In this document: piece after piece, positions 48,406-58,725 of the stretch
How the letters are laid out: each line of letters opens with the position of its first letter
Numbering within the stretch: the first letter of the stretch is position 1
Assembly: GCA_965203055.1 (NCBI GenBank)
Contig: OZ241863.1
Span: forward strand, 224,001-288,000
Length of the DNA stretch: 64,000 nucleotides
From: Spirochaetia bacterium
Lineage (GTDB): Bacteria; Spirochaetota; Spirochaetia; SZUA-6; Bin103
Direction of reading: 5' to 3'
Notes under the pieces: model-generated
Databases searched by the model: none
Told to the model about the DNA's origin: nothing
What the model saw: the letters and a program-made list of their open reading frames with translations, nothing else
Position numbers and translations under genes: made by a program

Positions 48406-48999
48406 CCTGATGTCGTAGCGGGTCTCGAACCGCCACCGGGCGGCGCCGGTCAACGCATTGAGCGCGTACAGGGTGCCGTCGTTGGAGCCGACGTAGACCA
48501 CCCCGTCCACCACCGCCGGCGACGAGTCGATCCAACTGTCGGCCCGGAACTCCCAGCGGCTGGCGCCGGTCGCGGCGTCCACGGCGTAGAGCCGGGAATC
48601 CCGTGAGCCCACGTAGACGACGCCGCCGGCCACCGCCGGCGACGAATGGATCGGCGCACCGGTAGCGAACACCCACTTGCGCTCGCCGCGCGGCACCGGG
48701 CCGGGCGGGGCGGGGCTGCCGGTACGGCCCGGGTCGTGCCGGAACATCGCCCACTGCCCCGGCGGCGAGCTGGAATTGACGCCGCCCGGCGGCGCGAATA
48801 CGAGGTCGGTGCAGGAGTAGACGGCGGCGCAGCACGCGGCAAGCAGCGCCAGCCCCCCGGCCAGCCGGCGGCGGGCGCGCCGCGTCAACCGGCGCGCCCG
48901 GGACCGCGGCACGGGCGCGCCGGCTGCGGGAGGCGCGGCGGGTACGCCGCGCCTCCGCGCCGCAGCCCCCCGGAGCGCATGCCAAGTGCGTCTCGTCAC
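47650..48999 (-). CDS. PQQ-like beta-propeller repeat protein (BamB-like)
   Basis: Repeated SSPAV..G.VYVGS.D..LYA.DA.TG..RWEF units; WAMFRHD; start uncertain. Confidence 0.9.
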   Translation of the reverse strand: MTRRTWHALRGAAARRRGVPAAPPAAGAPVPRSRARRLTRRARRRLAGGLALLAACCAAVYSCTDLVFAPPGGVNSSSPPGQWAMFRHDPGRTGSPAPPGPVPRGERKWVFATGAPIHSSPAVAGGVVYVGSRDSRLYAVDAATGASRWEFRADSWIDSSPAVVDGVVYVGSNDGTLYALNALTGAARWRFETRYDIRSSPAVADGVVYFGTGGHTVYAVDAVSGAQRWEFAANGRVDSSPVIAGGILYVGSSTPYLYALHARDGRRRLSFKTFAPVLSSPAVHGGTVYAATARGDLYAIDAAARNWPIEHRLRPYWLQLWAFGLPVPTPRPPSGFRWRRPLGGDAGASPVVADGAVYAAADDRLVALDLEERAARWEFTAGGRISSSPALLSGTLFVASEDGALYALDAATGARRWEFATGGKITASPAVAGGAIYLGSHDGNLYAIE

Positions 49000-49148
49000 G
49001 TTGCGGCGCCACCATATCACGCGCGGGCAGCGGCGCGGATGCACGCTCCCCGCCCACCACACCCCGGCGCGAAGCACCACGCGCGTTTCAGAGTGCTCCG
49101 GCGGTTGCCTTCGCCGGTAGATCCGGCTTACCTAATGGCCGAATACCA

Positions 49149-49703
49149 GTGAAACTACGCTTGATCCTGATCCTGGCCGGCGTCGCCGCCGCGCTGGGGG
49201 TCACCTTCTACTACACCAGCCGGCCGCAACCGCAGCCGCGGCCGGAGCCGCGCGCCTTCGTCTGGAGCGTGGATATGACCGAGCTGGCGCGGATGGCAAT
49301 CGCGCTGCCGCGGCGCGGTCTCGAGGAAACGTGGGAAAAGCACGAAGACCGCCAGTGGTACTTCGCCGGACCGGACGGCCCCGGCGTGGATCGAAAGCGG
49401 TGGGGCGGCGGCGTACCGCTGTTGCTGAGCGGTCCGGGGGCGAACCGCCGCATTGCCGAAGACGCCACCGCGGAGCAGATCGAGCGCTTCGGCCTGCACG
49501 CTCCGCAGATGGTGATCGGACTCACCCTGGACGACGGGGAAACCCTCGATATCGTCATCGGAGACGCTACCCCCGATCGCCTCGGCTACTACATACAACG
49601 CCGCGGAGCCAGCGACGTCTACACTGTCGATTACACGTGGTACGACGTCCTGGAGCGTCTCGTCACCGACCCCCCCTACGCGCCGCCCGCCGGCGCGGAG
49701 TAG
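49149..49703 (+). CDS. DUF4340-like exported protein
   Basis: N-terminal TM; FGLHAP, IGDATP, YYIQ and VYTV pattern. Confidence 0.7.
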   Translation: MKLRLILILAGVAAALGVTFYYTSRPQPQPRPEPRAFVWSVDMTELARMAIALPRRGLEETWEKHEDRQWYFAGPDGPGVDRKRWGGGVPLLLSGPGANRRIAEDATAEQIERFGLHAPQMVIGLTLDDGETLDIVIGDATPDRLGYYIQRRGASDVYTVDYTWYDVLERLVTDPPYAPPAGAE

Positions 49704-49722
49704 CCCAGCCGGCCCAGCCGTC

Positions 49723-51245
49723 GGGCGCACTTCCAATTTGTAGGTAGGCCCAAATAGAGAAGCCCTCCCAGCGACAGGTGATGTAACATCAGGCCGTCAC
49801 TGGGAGGGCAACATATGTGTGATTCATTGGTAACCGAGATTCTCAACTACTGCAAGGCCACCTGTGGTCTCGAACTGGGCCGCGCTAGCGGTCCCCACGA
49901 CCTGTTGCGGGCAGAAATGAGTCTCCTCAAGTGCTTGGTGCGCCTGTGCCGCGCTGCCATGGGGGAGTGGTTCAAGGAACTGGGCCGCGATTACCGCGGC
50001 GCCACGGTGCAGCGCAACGGGGTGTCGTATCGGTTTGTCGGCCACCGCTCCAAGACCCTGCACGGACTGTTCGGGACGGTACCCTACGAACGCGCCTACT
50101 ACGCCAGCGGTAGCGGCCAGGGCTGGGCGCCGTTGGATGAGCGGCTCGGCATCAAGCGCGGCCATACGCCGGGCTGCCAGTACTTTCTGAGTCAGTTCGT
50201 AGCGCGCCAGGCGCACGCAGAGAGTCTGCGGCAGTTTCACGAGGTGTTCCGCGCCGACGGCGGGGAGCTGGTGTCGGAGAAGAAGGCGTTCACGATGGTG
50301 CAGGAGGTAACGGAGGGGTTGGAACGGCAGCGCCAGCAGGAGGTGGACAACTACCAGCAGACTGCGGCGGGGCCGGAGCTGCACGAGTCGATAGGCGGGA
50401 CGGTGGCGGTGTGCATCGACGCGGGGAAGATGCCGGTGCGCGGCAAGGAGCGGGTAGATGATGCCGGGAAGAAGCGCTACGAGCGGGAGTACCGGGACGC
50501 CAAGGTGGCGGTGGTGGCGGCGGTGGAGTGGGACGCTGAGGAGCAGGAGGCGCAGTGCAGCAGCAAGCCGAGCTACGTGGCGGCGAGCGAGCATGCGGAC
50601 CGGTTCTTTCCGCGCATCGAAGTGGAGCTGAAACGGCGCTGCGGAGAGGGGGCGGCGCGGCAACTGGTAGTGCTGGCCGACGGGGCGGGATGGATTTGGG
50701 AGCGGGCGAAGACCTGGGCGGCAGGGGGGCTGCGGGTGTGGTACATCCTGGATTTCTGGCACGCCTGCGAGCATCTCGCGGAGGTGAGTCGGAGCGTCTA
50801 CGGGGAGGGGAGCAAGCAGGCAGAGGAATGCTTTCGGAGGTGGCGGACGATGCTGCGCGGCAGTCGGGTGGGCGAAGTGATAGAGGAGCTGGAGCAGTTG
50901 CGCGACGGCGTGGGGTTGAGTGCCCGGCAGCGGCACGAGGTGCAGGGGGAGATCAACTACTTGAGGAGCAACCAGGGAAGGATGGACTACCGGCGGTACC
51001 GGCGGGAGGGGCTGCCGATCGGCAGTGGGACGGTAGAGAGTACGTGCAAGAACATGGTGGGGGCGCGGCTGAAGGGGAGCGGGATGATCTGGTCGTTGGG
51101 CGGGGCGCAGGGGATGCTGCAGCTCTGCACCTCGGTGAAGAGCGGGCGGTTCAAAAGGGACTACGCGAGTCTGCTGTCCGCCTCGGTGCCGCAGGAGGCC
51201 CAGCCACAGGCCGCCTGACGCTACCTACGTTTTGGAAGTGCGCCC
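49723..51245 (+). mobile_element. Intact 1523-bp insertion sequence, ISKra4/ISLre2 (Mutator-like DDE) type
   Basis: 25-bp TIRs GGGCGCACTTCCAATTTGTAGGTAG and (reverse complement) GGGCGCACTTCCAAAACGTAGGTAG, 22/25 identical; perfect 9-bp TSD CCAGCCGTC at 49714-49722 and 51246-51254. Confidence 0.95.
49815..51218 (+). CDS. ISKra4/ISLre2-type DDE transposase
   Basis: CIDAG, LADGAGWIW, LDFWHACEHL, GLPIGSGTVES and RLKGSGMIW. Confidence 0.93.
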   Translation: MCDSLVTEILNYCKATCGLELGRASGPHDLLRAEMSLLKCLVRLCRAAMGEWFKELGRDYRGATVQRNGVSYRFVGHRSKTLHGLFGTVPYERAYYASGSGQGWAPLDERLGIKRGHTPGCQYFLSQFVARQAHAESLRQFHEVFRADGGELVSEKKAFTMVQEVTEGLERQRQQEVDNYQQTAAGPELHESIGGTVAVCIDAGKMPVRGKERVDDAGKKRYEREYRDAKVAVVAAVEWDAEEQEAQCSSKPSYVAASEHADRFFPRIEVELKRRCGEGAARQLVVLADGAGWIWERAKTWAAGGLRVWYILDFWHACEHLAEVSRSVYGEGSKQAEECFRRWRTMLRGSRVGEVIEELEQLRDGVGLSARQRHEVQGEINYLRSNQGRMDYRRYRREGLPIGSGTVESTCKNMVGARLKGSGMIWSLGGAQGMLQLCTSVKSGRFKRDYASLLSASVPQEAQPQAA

Positions 51246-51324
51246 CCAGCCGTCGGCGCGGTTGACCTTGCGCCCGTTATCTGATCTTATTTCGGTCGTC
51301 ACAGGGTGACGGAGAGGTACAGCG

Positions 51325-52425
51325 TTGGGCGAAGCCGACACCACGACAAACCGGGGCGGGACGGAACACGGGAACGGCACGGGCCGCGGGAGCGGAACGG
51401 GCCGCGGGAACGGCGCAGGCAGCCGGGACGACCGCGAAACCGTACTTGAAGTCAATGCACTGCAGACCTATTTCTACACCGACGAGGGGGTGGTCAAGGC
51501 GGTGGACGGCCTCTCCTATCGCGTGCGCAAGGGAGAGTTCGTCGGACTGGTCGGGGAGAGCGGCTGCGGCAAGAGCGTCAGCGCCATGTCGGTGCTGCGC
51601 CTGATTCCTCATCCGCCGGGGCTGATCGTCGGCGGCGAGATCCGGTTCAAGGGCGAAGACCTGATGCAGGCCACCGAGGAGCGCATGCGCGATCTGCGCG
51701 GCAACCGCATCGCCATGGTGTTTCAGGAGCCCACCACCTCCCTCAACCCGGTGCTGACCGTCGGCCGCCAGATCTCGGAGTCGATCGAGCTGCACCGCGG
51801 CATGGACAAGGCCGCGGCGCGGCAGGAGAGCGTCAAGCTCCTGGGCATGGTGGGTATCCCGGACCCGGAACGCCGCATCAAGGACTATCCGTTCCAGTTC
51901 AGCGGCGGGATGCAGCAGCGGGTCATGATCGCCATGGCCCTGAGCTGTACCCCGGAGCTGCTCATTGCCGACGAGCCCACCACCTCCCTGGACGTCACCG
52001 TGCAGGCGCAGCTCCTGGAGATCATCGCCGGCTTGCGCGAACAGCTCGACATGGCGGGAATCATCATCACCCACAACCTGGGCTTGGTGGCGCGGTACGT
52101 CGATCGGGTCAACGTGATGTACGCCGGCAAGCTGGTGGAGTCGGGACCGACCGAAACCATATTCGCCGAGCCCAAGCATCCCTACACCATCGGCCTCATG
52201 GCGTCGGTGCCGCGCCTCGACAGCCCGCGCCGCGTGGCGCCGCGGGTCATCGAAGGCCTGCCGCCGAACCTGGCTCACCTCCCGGACGGCTGCTCCTTCT
52301 CGCCCCGCTGCACCTACGCCATGGACCAGTGTCACCGGGACGAGCCGTTGCTGGAGGCGGTCGGCGTCGACCATCACCGCAGTTGCTTCTACGATGCGGC
52401 CAAGCTGGATAAGGTGCAGCTTTGA
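51325..52425 (+). CDS. Oligopeptide ABC transporter ATP-binding protein (OppD/DppD-like)
   Basis: GESGCGKS, FSGGMQQR, IADEPTT and HPYT...C.F.PRC; start uncertain. Confidence 0.92.
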   Translation: MGEADTTTNRGGTEHGNGTGRGSGTGRGNGAGSRDDRETVLEVNALQTYFYTDEGVVKAVDGLSYRVRKGEFVGLVGESGCGKSVSAMSVLRLIPHPPGLIVGGEIRFKGEDLMQATEERMRDLRGNRIAMVFQEPTTSLNPVLTVGRQISESIELHRGMDKAAARQESVKLLGMVGIPDPERRIKDYPFQFSGGMQQRVMIAMALSCTPELLIADEPTTSLDVTVQAQLLEIIAGLREQLDMAGIIITHNLGLVARYVDRVNVMYAGKLVESGPTETIFAEPKHPYTIGLMASVPRLDSPRRVAPRVIEGLPPNLAHLPDGCSFSPRCTYAMDQCHRDEPLLEAVGVDHHRSCFYDAAKLDKVQL

Positions 52426-52516
52426 CGCCCCGGCTGCCGCACCGTCGCGCCTCTGATCAAGCCGGACCCGGCCGCCTGCAGCTCGCGGCGGGGCATACCC
52501 GAGGAAGTTGAGCTAT

Positions 52517-53536
52517 ATGGAGAATGGCAAACCAGCCGCCGAGCACATCGTCGAGGTGCGCAATCTGGTCAAGTACTACCCGGTGACCGCCGGCGTGCTG
52601 CGCCGCAAGGTGGGCGACGTCAAGGCGGTCGACGACATCAGCTTCGACATCGAAACGGGCGAGACGCTCGGCCTGGTGGGCGAGAGCGGCTGCGGCAAGA
52701 CCACCACCGGACGCTGCATCCTGCAACTGCACGACATCACCTCGGGCGAAATCATGTTTCAGGGGCAGGACTTGGTCAAAACCAGGGGCGAGGCGCTGCG
52801 CCGGATGCGGCGTCACATGCAGCTCATCTTCCAGGATCCCTTCGCCTCGCTGGATCCGCGCATGACCGCGGGCGACATCATCGGCGAGCCTTTGCGGGTG
52901 CACGACATTGCCCGCGGCAAGGAGTACCGGCGCCAGGTGGTCGAGCTGCTGAGCATGGTGGAACTGGCCCCGTCGGTGGCCAACCGCTATCCCCACGAAT
53001 TCAGCGGCGGCCAGCGGCAGCGCCTCGGCATCGCGCGCGCGCTGGCGGTGCGGCCGGCGTTCGTGGTGTGCGACGAGCCGGTGTCGGCGCTGGACGTGTC
53101 GATTCAGGCGCAGATCATCACCCTGCTGATGCGCCTGCGCGAGGAGTTCAACCTTACCTATCTGTTCATTGCCCACGATCTGGCGGTGGTTCGCAACATC
53201 AGCGACCGGGTGGCGGTGATGTATCTGGGCAAGATCATGGAGATCACCACCAGCGACCGGCTGTACGACAACCCGCTCCATCCCTACACCATTTCGCTGC
53301 TGTCGGCGGTGCCGATTCCGGATCCGGTGGTGGACCGCACCCGCGAGCGCATCATTCTCAAGGGTGACGTGCCTAGTCCGATGAATCCGCCGAGCGGCTG
53401 CCCGTTCCACACCCGTTGCCCGCAAGCTACCGACATCTGCAAGGCGGAAGTACCCGAGCTCAAGTCCACCGGCCCCAACCATTGGACCGCCTGCCACCTG
53501 GTCGAGTCCGACGGTGCCGGCGCGGCCGGGGCGTGA
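52517..53536 (+). CDS. Oligopeptide ABC transporter ATP-binding protein (OppF/DppF-like)
   Basis: [29 protein letters not shown] and [11 protein letters not shown]. Confidence 0.93.
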   Translation: MENGKPAAEHIVEVRNLVKYYPVTAGVLRRKVGDVKAVDDISFDIETGETLGLVGESGCGKTTTGRCILQLHDITSGEIMFQGQDLVKTRGEALRRMRRHMQLIFQDPFASLDPRMTAGDIIGEPLRVHDIARGKEYRRQVVELLSMVELAPSVANRYPHEFSGGQRQRLGIARALAVRPAFVVCDEPVSALDVSIQAQIITLLMRLREEFNLTYLFIAHDLAVVRNISDRVAVMYLGKIMEITTSDRLYDNPLHPYTISLLSAVPIPDPVVDRTRERIILKGDVPSPMNPPSGCPFHTRCPQATDICKAEVPELKSTGPNHWTACHLVESDGAGAAGA

Positions 53537-53600
53537 TTGACGCGGCGGGCCGCCGCGTCGCGCGGCTTGCGGCTCCCTCCTCGTAACCGCTCCGGGCAGC

Positions 53601-54542
53601 GTGCGTAGCTCATCCGAGAGTCGGCGCCCGGGAACGGCGCAGTTCCTGCTGGTGATCGCGGTCGTGGTAGTGGTGGTGGGTGGAATCGCCGGGTTCGCCA
53701 TCTACCGGGAGCGCGTCGCGCCGTTCGAAACTACCGTGCTGGTAGTGGACGACGCCTCCGTCAGGATGCGCTACTTCCTGAAGCGGGTGAACATGGCGGG
53801 CCGCGAACCGCTCGAGATGCTGCAGGCGCTTACCCGCGAGCTGGTTATCGCGCAGGTGGCGCCGGAGCCGCCCTACGCCATCCAGGTCTCGGAGCAGGAC
53901 GTCGACCAGTTCATTCAGGACCTCGCCCGCGGCGGAGGCGAGACGGTCACCGAGGCGGAAGTGCGCGAATGGTACCGCCAGCAGCTCAACGAGAACCAGC
54001 TCTCAGACCGCGAGTTCCGCGAGCTGCTCCGCCGCGACGTGCTGGCCGCGCGCCTGACCGAGTTTCTGGGCGAACGGGTACCGACGGTGGCGGAGCAGGT
54101 GCATCTCTACCTGATTGCCCGAAACACCTGGGAGGAGGCGGCTTCCGTACGGGAGCAGTTGGCGGACGGGGCGGACTTCTTCGCGCTGGCGCGGGAACTG
54201 AACGCCGACCAGCGCCTCAGGGAGCGCGGCGGCGACCTCGGCTGGGTTCCGCGCGAGGCGCTGAACGCGGCGCTCGCCCCGGTCTTCGACCTGCCCGCCG
54301 GCGAGCCCAGCCGCGTCGTCGCCCTGGGTGAGGGGTACGCCGTCGCCATGGTGGCCGAGCGCGCCGCGGCCCGCGAAATCGGACCGGAGGCGCTGCAGGC
54401 GGTAAAGGCGACCGCCCTGGACCGCTGGTTCAACACCGAATACCAGTACCATAACGTGGAGTTCCACGGCTTCAACAACGGCTACGACACGGAAACCGAC
54501 CTCTGGGTCAAGTGGCAACTCCAGCGGATGACCCGCTCCTGA
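53601..54542 (+). CDS. SurA/PrsA-like PpiC-type peptidyl-prolyl isomerase
   Basis: N-terminal TM; GADFFALARE...GGDLGWVP rotamase motif. Confidence 0.8.
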   Translation: MRSSSESRRPGTAQFLLVIAVVVVVVGGIAGFAIYRERVAPFETTVLVVDDASVRMRYFLKRVNMAGREPLEMLQALTRELVIAQVAPEPPYAIQVSEQDVDQFIQDLARGGGETVTEAEVREWYRQQLNENQLSDREFRELLRRDVLAARLTEFLGERVPTVAEQVHLYLIARNTWEEAASVREQLADGADFFALARELNADQRLRERGGDLGWVPREALNAALAPVFDLPAGEPSRVVALGEGYAVAMVAERAAAREIGPEALQAVKATALDRWFNTEYQYHNVEFHGFNNGYDTETDLWVKWQLQRMTRS

Positions 54543-54642
54543 CGACTGCGGAGGTGCAGTTTCGGCACGCGGGGCGGCTCGGATGTCGAATTCGTGCTCT
54601 ACCCCTCCGGGAGCGCGGGAGCGGCGGTACGGAACGGGATCG

Positions 54643-55278
54643 CTACGCGGCGCCGCCGGGGCGGCGGGCGGGAATGAGCGCCGCAACCGCCACTTCCAGG
54701 TCGGGGAAGGCTGCCGGGGCCAGCGTCTCGCCCGGCCGGTAGCGCCGCAGTACCCGATAGCGACCGGGTTCCGGCTCCGTATAGACCTCGATCCGGTCGT
54801 GTTCCAGATCCACGATCCACACTTCGCGGATGCCGCTGGTGGCGTAGAACGCCGCCTTGGTGCCGCGGTCGTAGTCGAGCGAGGACGCCGCCACTTCCAC
54901 CAGCAACAGCACCTCCCCGGGGGCAGGATGGTCGAAGTCATAGTAGTCGTCGCGGTGAGCCAGCAACATCAGATCGGGTTGCGGCTCGGAATAGGGATCG
55001 GCCGCCACCGGATTCTGCACCTGCACCAGCGCCCGGCCGGCGAGACGTTCGACGTTGAAGGCGGTGTTCAGCCGTAATACGCACGCCGCGTGGCGATTGC
55101 CGATGGCCGCCATGACGATGATCTCACCTCCCAGCAACTCGACGCGCTCATCCCCGCCGAGGATGCCGGCCCGGCTCATGGACTGATACTCGTCACGGGT
55201 GAAGCGCCGCCGTCTGCCGGCGGACGCGGCGCGCGGTGTGGTATGCGCCTTGGGCCGGGTCGCAATCATGCCCTGCAT
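54643..55278 (-). CDS. Uma2-family endonuclease
   Basis: RVELLGGEI, EPQPDL, LLVEVAASSL.YDR..K..YA..GIREVWIVD. Confidence 0.92.
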   Translation of the reverse strand: MQGMIATRPKAHTTPRAASAGRRRRFTRDEYQSMSRAGILGGDERVELLGGEIIVMAAIGNRHAACVLRLNTAFNVERLAGRALVQVQNPVAADPYSEPQPDLMLLAHRDDYYDFDHPAPGEVLLLVEVAASSLDYDRGTKAAFYATSGIREVWIVDLEHDRIEVYTEPEPGRYRVLRRYRPGETLAPAAFPDLEVAVAALIPARRPGGAA

Positions 55279-55320
55279 TCAACACGAAGTAGCCGCCGAG
55301 GTAAAGCGGCCGAGTGGCGC

Positions 55321-55369
55321 TTGACCCGATCCGCAGCCTTGGCTACGTTTCGATTTTGATTACTCAAAA
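55321..55369 (+). promoter_or_regulatory. Promoter TTGACC-N17-TACGTT followed by the palindrome TTTTGA-TTAC-TCAAAA (candidate DtxR/TroR-type operator)
   Basis: -35 at 55321-55326, -10 at 55344-55349, AT-rich inverted repeat at 55354-55369 over the transcription start. Confidence 0.65.
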
Positions 55370-55382
55370 ATAGTTGTTTCAG

Positions 55383-56459
55383 ATGAGAAAGAAGGGATAT
55401 TGCCTACCCTGCGTACTGACCGCGGCGGCGGCCGTTGCGGCAACCGCGTTGGCCGCGGTGTTGCTCGTCACCTGCGGCGGCGGCCAACGCGCCGCGAACG
55501 GTTCGGCGGCGGCGGGCGCGGCGGCCGCTTCGGAGGCCGCCGCCGGCGAGGGCGCGCGCCGCTATCCGTATCGAATCACTGCCACCACCGGCATGGTGGC
55601 CGACCTCGTGCGCCAGGTAGCCGGCGACCGGGGCGAGGTGACGGCGATCATCGGCGAGGGAGTCGATCCGCATCTCTACGTGCCCACCCGCAGCGACGTG
55701 GCCGCCCTGATGGAGGCCGACGTCGTGTTCTACTCCGGGCTGCTGCTGGAAGGGAAGATGACCGACGCGCTGGTCAGAGTGGCGCGCGGCGGGCGCCCGG
55801 TGCACGCGGTCACCGAGCTGGTGGACGAAGCGCTGCTCCTCCAGCCGGAGGAGTTCGCCGGCCACTTCGACCCCCATCTGTGGATGGACGCGGCGGGCTG
55901 GATGCAGGCGGTGACCGCGGTGACCGCGGCGCTCACCGCCTTCGACCCCGCCGGCGACAGCGGCTACCGCGCGCGCGCCGCGGCCTACGGCGCGACGCTC
56001 ACCGAGCTGCACGACTATGCGCGGCGCGTCCTCGGCTCCATCCCCGAACCGCAGCGCATCCTGGTAACCGCGCACGACGCGTTCAACTACTTCGGGCGCG
56101 CCTACGGTCTGGAGGTGGAGGGAATCCAGGGGATGTCCACCGAGTCGGAAGCGGGCCTGGACCGCATCAACCGGCTGGTGGATCTGCTGGTCACGCGCCG
56201 CATCGGGGCGGTGTTCGTGGAGACCACCATCGCCGACCGCAACGTGCGCGCGCTGATCGAGGGGGCCGCGGCGCGCGGCCATACGGTGGTGGTCGGCGGC
56301 GAGCTGTTCTCGGACGCGATGGGGCAGCCGGGAACCTACGAGGGCACCTACGTCGGCATGCTGGACCACAACGCCACCACGGTGGCCCGGGCGCTGGGCG
56401 GCGCGGCGCCGGAGCGCGGCTTCCAGGGCCGGCTGGCGCCCGCCGCGGCGGCGCCGTGA
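55383..56459 (+). CDS. troA: Mn/Zn/Fe ABC transporter substrate-binding lipoprotein (TroA-like)
   Basis: [25 protein letters not shown] and ELFSDA metal ligands. Confidence 0.88.
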   Translation: MRKKGYCLPCVLTAAAAVAATALAAVLLVTCGGGQRAANGSAAAGAAAASEAAAGEGARRYPYRITATTGMVADLVRQVAGDRGEVTAIIGEGVDPHLYVPTRSDVAALMEADVVFYSGLLLEGKMTDALVRVARGGRPVHAVTELVDEALLLQPEEFAGHFDPHLWMDAAGWMQAVTAVTAALTAFDPAGDSGYRARAAAYGATLTELHDYARRVLGSIPEPQRILVTAHDAFNYFGRAYGLEVEGIQGMSTESEAGLDRINRLVDLLVTRRIGAVFVETTIADRNVRALIEGAAARGHTVVVGGELFSDAMGQPGTYEGTYVGMLDHNATTVARALGGAAPERGFQGRLAPAAAAP

Positions 56460-57358
56460 ACCGCGCGCCGGGCGCGCTGGACGCGGGCCGCCCCGGCAGC
56501 GGCCGGCCGGGCGCAGCGGCCGCGCCCCGCGCCGGTTCGCGGGCGGCGCCGGCCACCGTCCACTCAGCGCCCGCCGACCCGGCGCGCAGCCCGCTGGTGG
56601 TGCGCGACCTCACCGTCGCCTACCGCCGGCGGCCGGTGCTGTGGGACGTCGATCTGACCGCCGCCGAAGGCGTGATCACCGGCATCGTCGGCCCCAACGG
56701 CGCCGGCAAGAGCACCCTGCTGAAGGGGGTGCTGGACCTGGTGCCGCGGGTGTCGGGCACGGTGACCATCTACGGCCAGCCCTACCGCCGGCAGCGGCGG
56801 CTGGTAGCCTACGTTCCGCAGCGCGAGAGCGTCGACTGGGACTACCCGGTGAGCGCCCTGGAGCTGGTGGCGATGGGCCTCTACCGGTCGCTCGGCTGGC
56901 TGCGCCCGGTGCGCCGCGCCACGCGCGCGGCGGCGCGCGCGGCCCTGGAGCTGGTAGGCATGGCCGACTACGCGGGCCGCCAGATCTCGGAGCTGTCCGG
57001 CGGCCAGCAGCAGCGCCTGTTCCTGGCGCGCGCGCTGGCCCAGGACGCGCGCATCTACTTCATGGACGAACCGTTCGCCGGGGTGGACGCCGCCACCGAA
57101 CGCGCCATCGTCGAGTTGCTGCAGCGCCTGCGGGGCGCCGGCAAGAGCGTGTTCGTGGTGCATCACGATCTGCAGACCGTCAGCAGTTACTTCGACGAAC
57201 TGCTGATGCTCAACCTGCGGGTGGTGGCGCATGGTCCGGTGGCGGCGGTGTTCACCGAGGACAACCTGCACAAGACCTACGGCGGGCGGCTGACGCTGCT
57301 CGATCAGGCGGTGGACGCGCTCGGCCGGGGCGCCGGCGGCCGGGGCCGGGACGCATGA
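56456..57358 (+). CDS. troB: Metal ABC transporter ATPase (TroB-like)
   Basis: [30 protein letters not shown] and HHDL. Confidence 0.88.
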   Translation: MNRAPGALDAGRPGSGRPGAAAAPRAGSRAAPATVHSAPADPARSPLVVRDLTVAYRRRPVLWDVDLTAAEGVITGIVGPNGAGKSTLLKGVLDLVPRVSGTVTIYGQPYRRQRRLVAYVPQRESVDWDYPVSALELVAMGLYRSLGWLRPVRRATRAAARAALELVGMADYAGRQISELSGGQQQRLFLARALAQDARIYFMDEPFAGVDAATERAIVELLQRLRGAGKSVFVVHHDLQTVSSYFDELLMLNLRVVAHGPVAAVFTEDNLHKTYGGRLTLLDQAVDALGRGAGGRGRDA

Positions 57359-58725
57359 GCTACCTGCCCTCCTGGGACCAGGTGCTGCGAGTGCTGCTGT
57401 TGAGCGACTTCAACACCCGGGTGGTAGTGCTGGGCGTCGCCCTGTTGGGAATGGCCGCCGGCATCGTCGGCACCTTCACCCTGCTGCGCAAGCGCGCCCT
57501 GGTATCGGACGCGGTGAGCCACGCCACGCTGCCGGGAATCGCCGTCGCGTGGCTCGTGATGGTGGCCCTCGGCGGCACCGGCAAGTGGTTTCCCGGCCTG
57601 TTGTTGGGCGCCGCGGGCGGGGGCTTGGCCGCGGTCGCGGCGGTGCTGGTGGTGCGCTCGGTGCTGCGGCTGCACGAGGACGCCGCGCTGGGCATCGTGC
57701 TGTCGGTGTCGTTCGGGATCGGGATCGCGCTGCTCGGCTTGATCCAGCAACTGCGGCGCGGCTCGGCCGCCGGCCTCGACTCCTTCATCTACGGCAAGAC
57801 CGCGTCGATGCTGGCCGCCGACGCCCTGCTGATCGGGATTACCTCGCTGGCGCTGGCGGCGGTCGCGGCGCTGCTGTTCAAGGAGCTGAACCTGCTCTGC
57901 TTCGACGCGCCGTACGCCGCCTCGCAGGGGTTGCCGGTCGGGCTCCTGGACGCGGTCATGCTGGGACTGGTGGTGGCGGTCACCGTCATCGGCCTGCAGG
58001 CGGTGGGGCTGATCCTGATCGTGGCGCTGCTGATCACCCCGGCCGCCGCCGCCCGTTTCTGGACCAGCAATCTGCGGCTGATGACGGCGCTGGCGGCGCT
58101 GCTCGGCGCGGCCGGCGGGTTCATCGGCGCCGCCCTCTCGGCGCTGGTGCCGCGCCTGCCGGCCGGAGCGGTGATCGTGGTGACGGTCGCCGCCGGATTC
58201 CTGCTCAGCGCGCTGTTCGGAACCCGCCGCGGCCTGCTGCGGCTGCTCGTCGAACGCCGCCGCAGTGACCGCCGCATCCGCCGCGAGCATCTGCTGCGGG
58301 CGGTATTCGAACAGGTGGAGGGGCAGGGCTGCGCCACGCCGGACCGCGCCGCCCTGCAGGCGGTGGCCGTCCGCCGGAGCCACCTGGCGCGGCGCCGCGG
58401 TTGGACGCCGGCGGAACTGGCCGCCGGCCTGCGCCTCGGCCGCCGGGAAGGCTGGCTGCAGCCGGCGGCCGACCCCGGCGCGGTCCGCCTCACGCCGGCC
58501 GGAGCCGCGCAGGCGCTGCGCATCGTGCGCAACCACCGGCTGTGGGAGCTGTACCTGATCCGCCACGCCGAGGTTGCCACCAGCCGCGTGGACCGCGGCG
58601 CGGACCGCATCGAGCACGTGCTGGGGCCGGAGCTGGTGGCCGAGTTGGAGGCGCAACTGGACCGCCAGGCGGATGCCGCGGCGGTGGCGGCCAGCCCGCA
58701 CGCGCTGGCCGCGGGCGCGCCGTGA
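57355..58725 (+). CDS. troC: Metal ABC permease (TroC-like) fused to a DtxR-like winged-helix/metal-binding domain
   Basis: [10 protein letters not shown] permease motif; C-terminal LTPAG...[12 protein letters not shown]...ADRIEH. Confidence 0.85.
   Translation: MSYLPSWDQVLRVLLLSDFNTRVVVLGVALLGMAAGIVGTFTLLRKRALVSDAVSHATLPGIAVAWLVMVALGGTGKWFPGLLLGAAGGGLAAVAAVLVVRSVLRLHEDAALGIVLSVSFGIGIALLGLIQQLRRGSAAGLDSFIYGKTASMLAADALLIGITSLALAAVAALLFKELNLLCFDAPYAASQGLPVGLLDAVMLGLVVAVTVIGLQAVGLILIVALLITPAAAARFWTSNLRLMTALAALLGAAGGFIGAALSALVPRLPAGAVIVVTVAAGFLLSALFGTRRGLLRLLVERRRSDRRIRREHLLRAVFEQVEGQGCATPDRAALQAVAVRRSHLARRRGWTPAELAAGLRLGRREGWLQPAADPGAVRLTPAGAAQALRIVRNHRLWELYLIRHAEVATSRVDRGADRIEHVLGPELVAELEAQLDRQADAAAVAASPHALAAGAP

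Noticed and set aside
47650..48700. Nucleotide repeats as a DNA-level array
   Set aside because: Explained by beta-propeller blade repeats in the protein.
51371..51415. Short GGAACGG(G)C / GGGCCGCGGGA repeats before oppD
   Set aside because: Two to three imperfect copies of a low-complexity Gly-rich stretch; no further structure.
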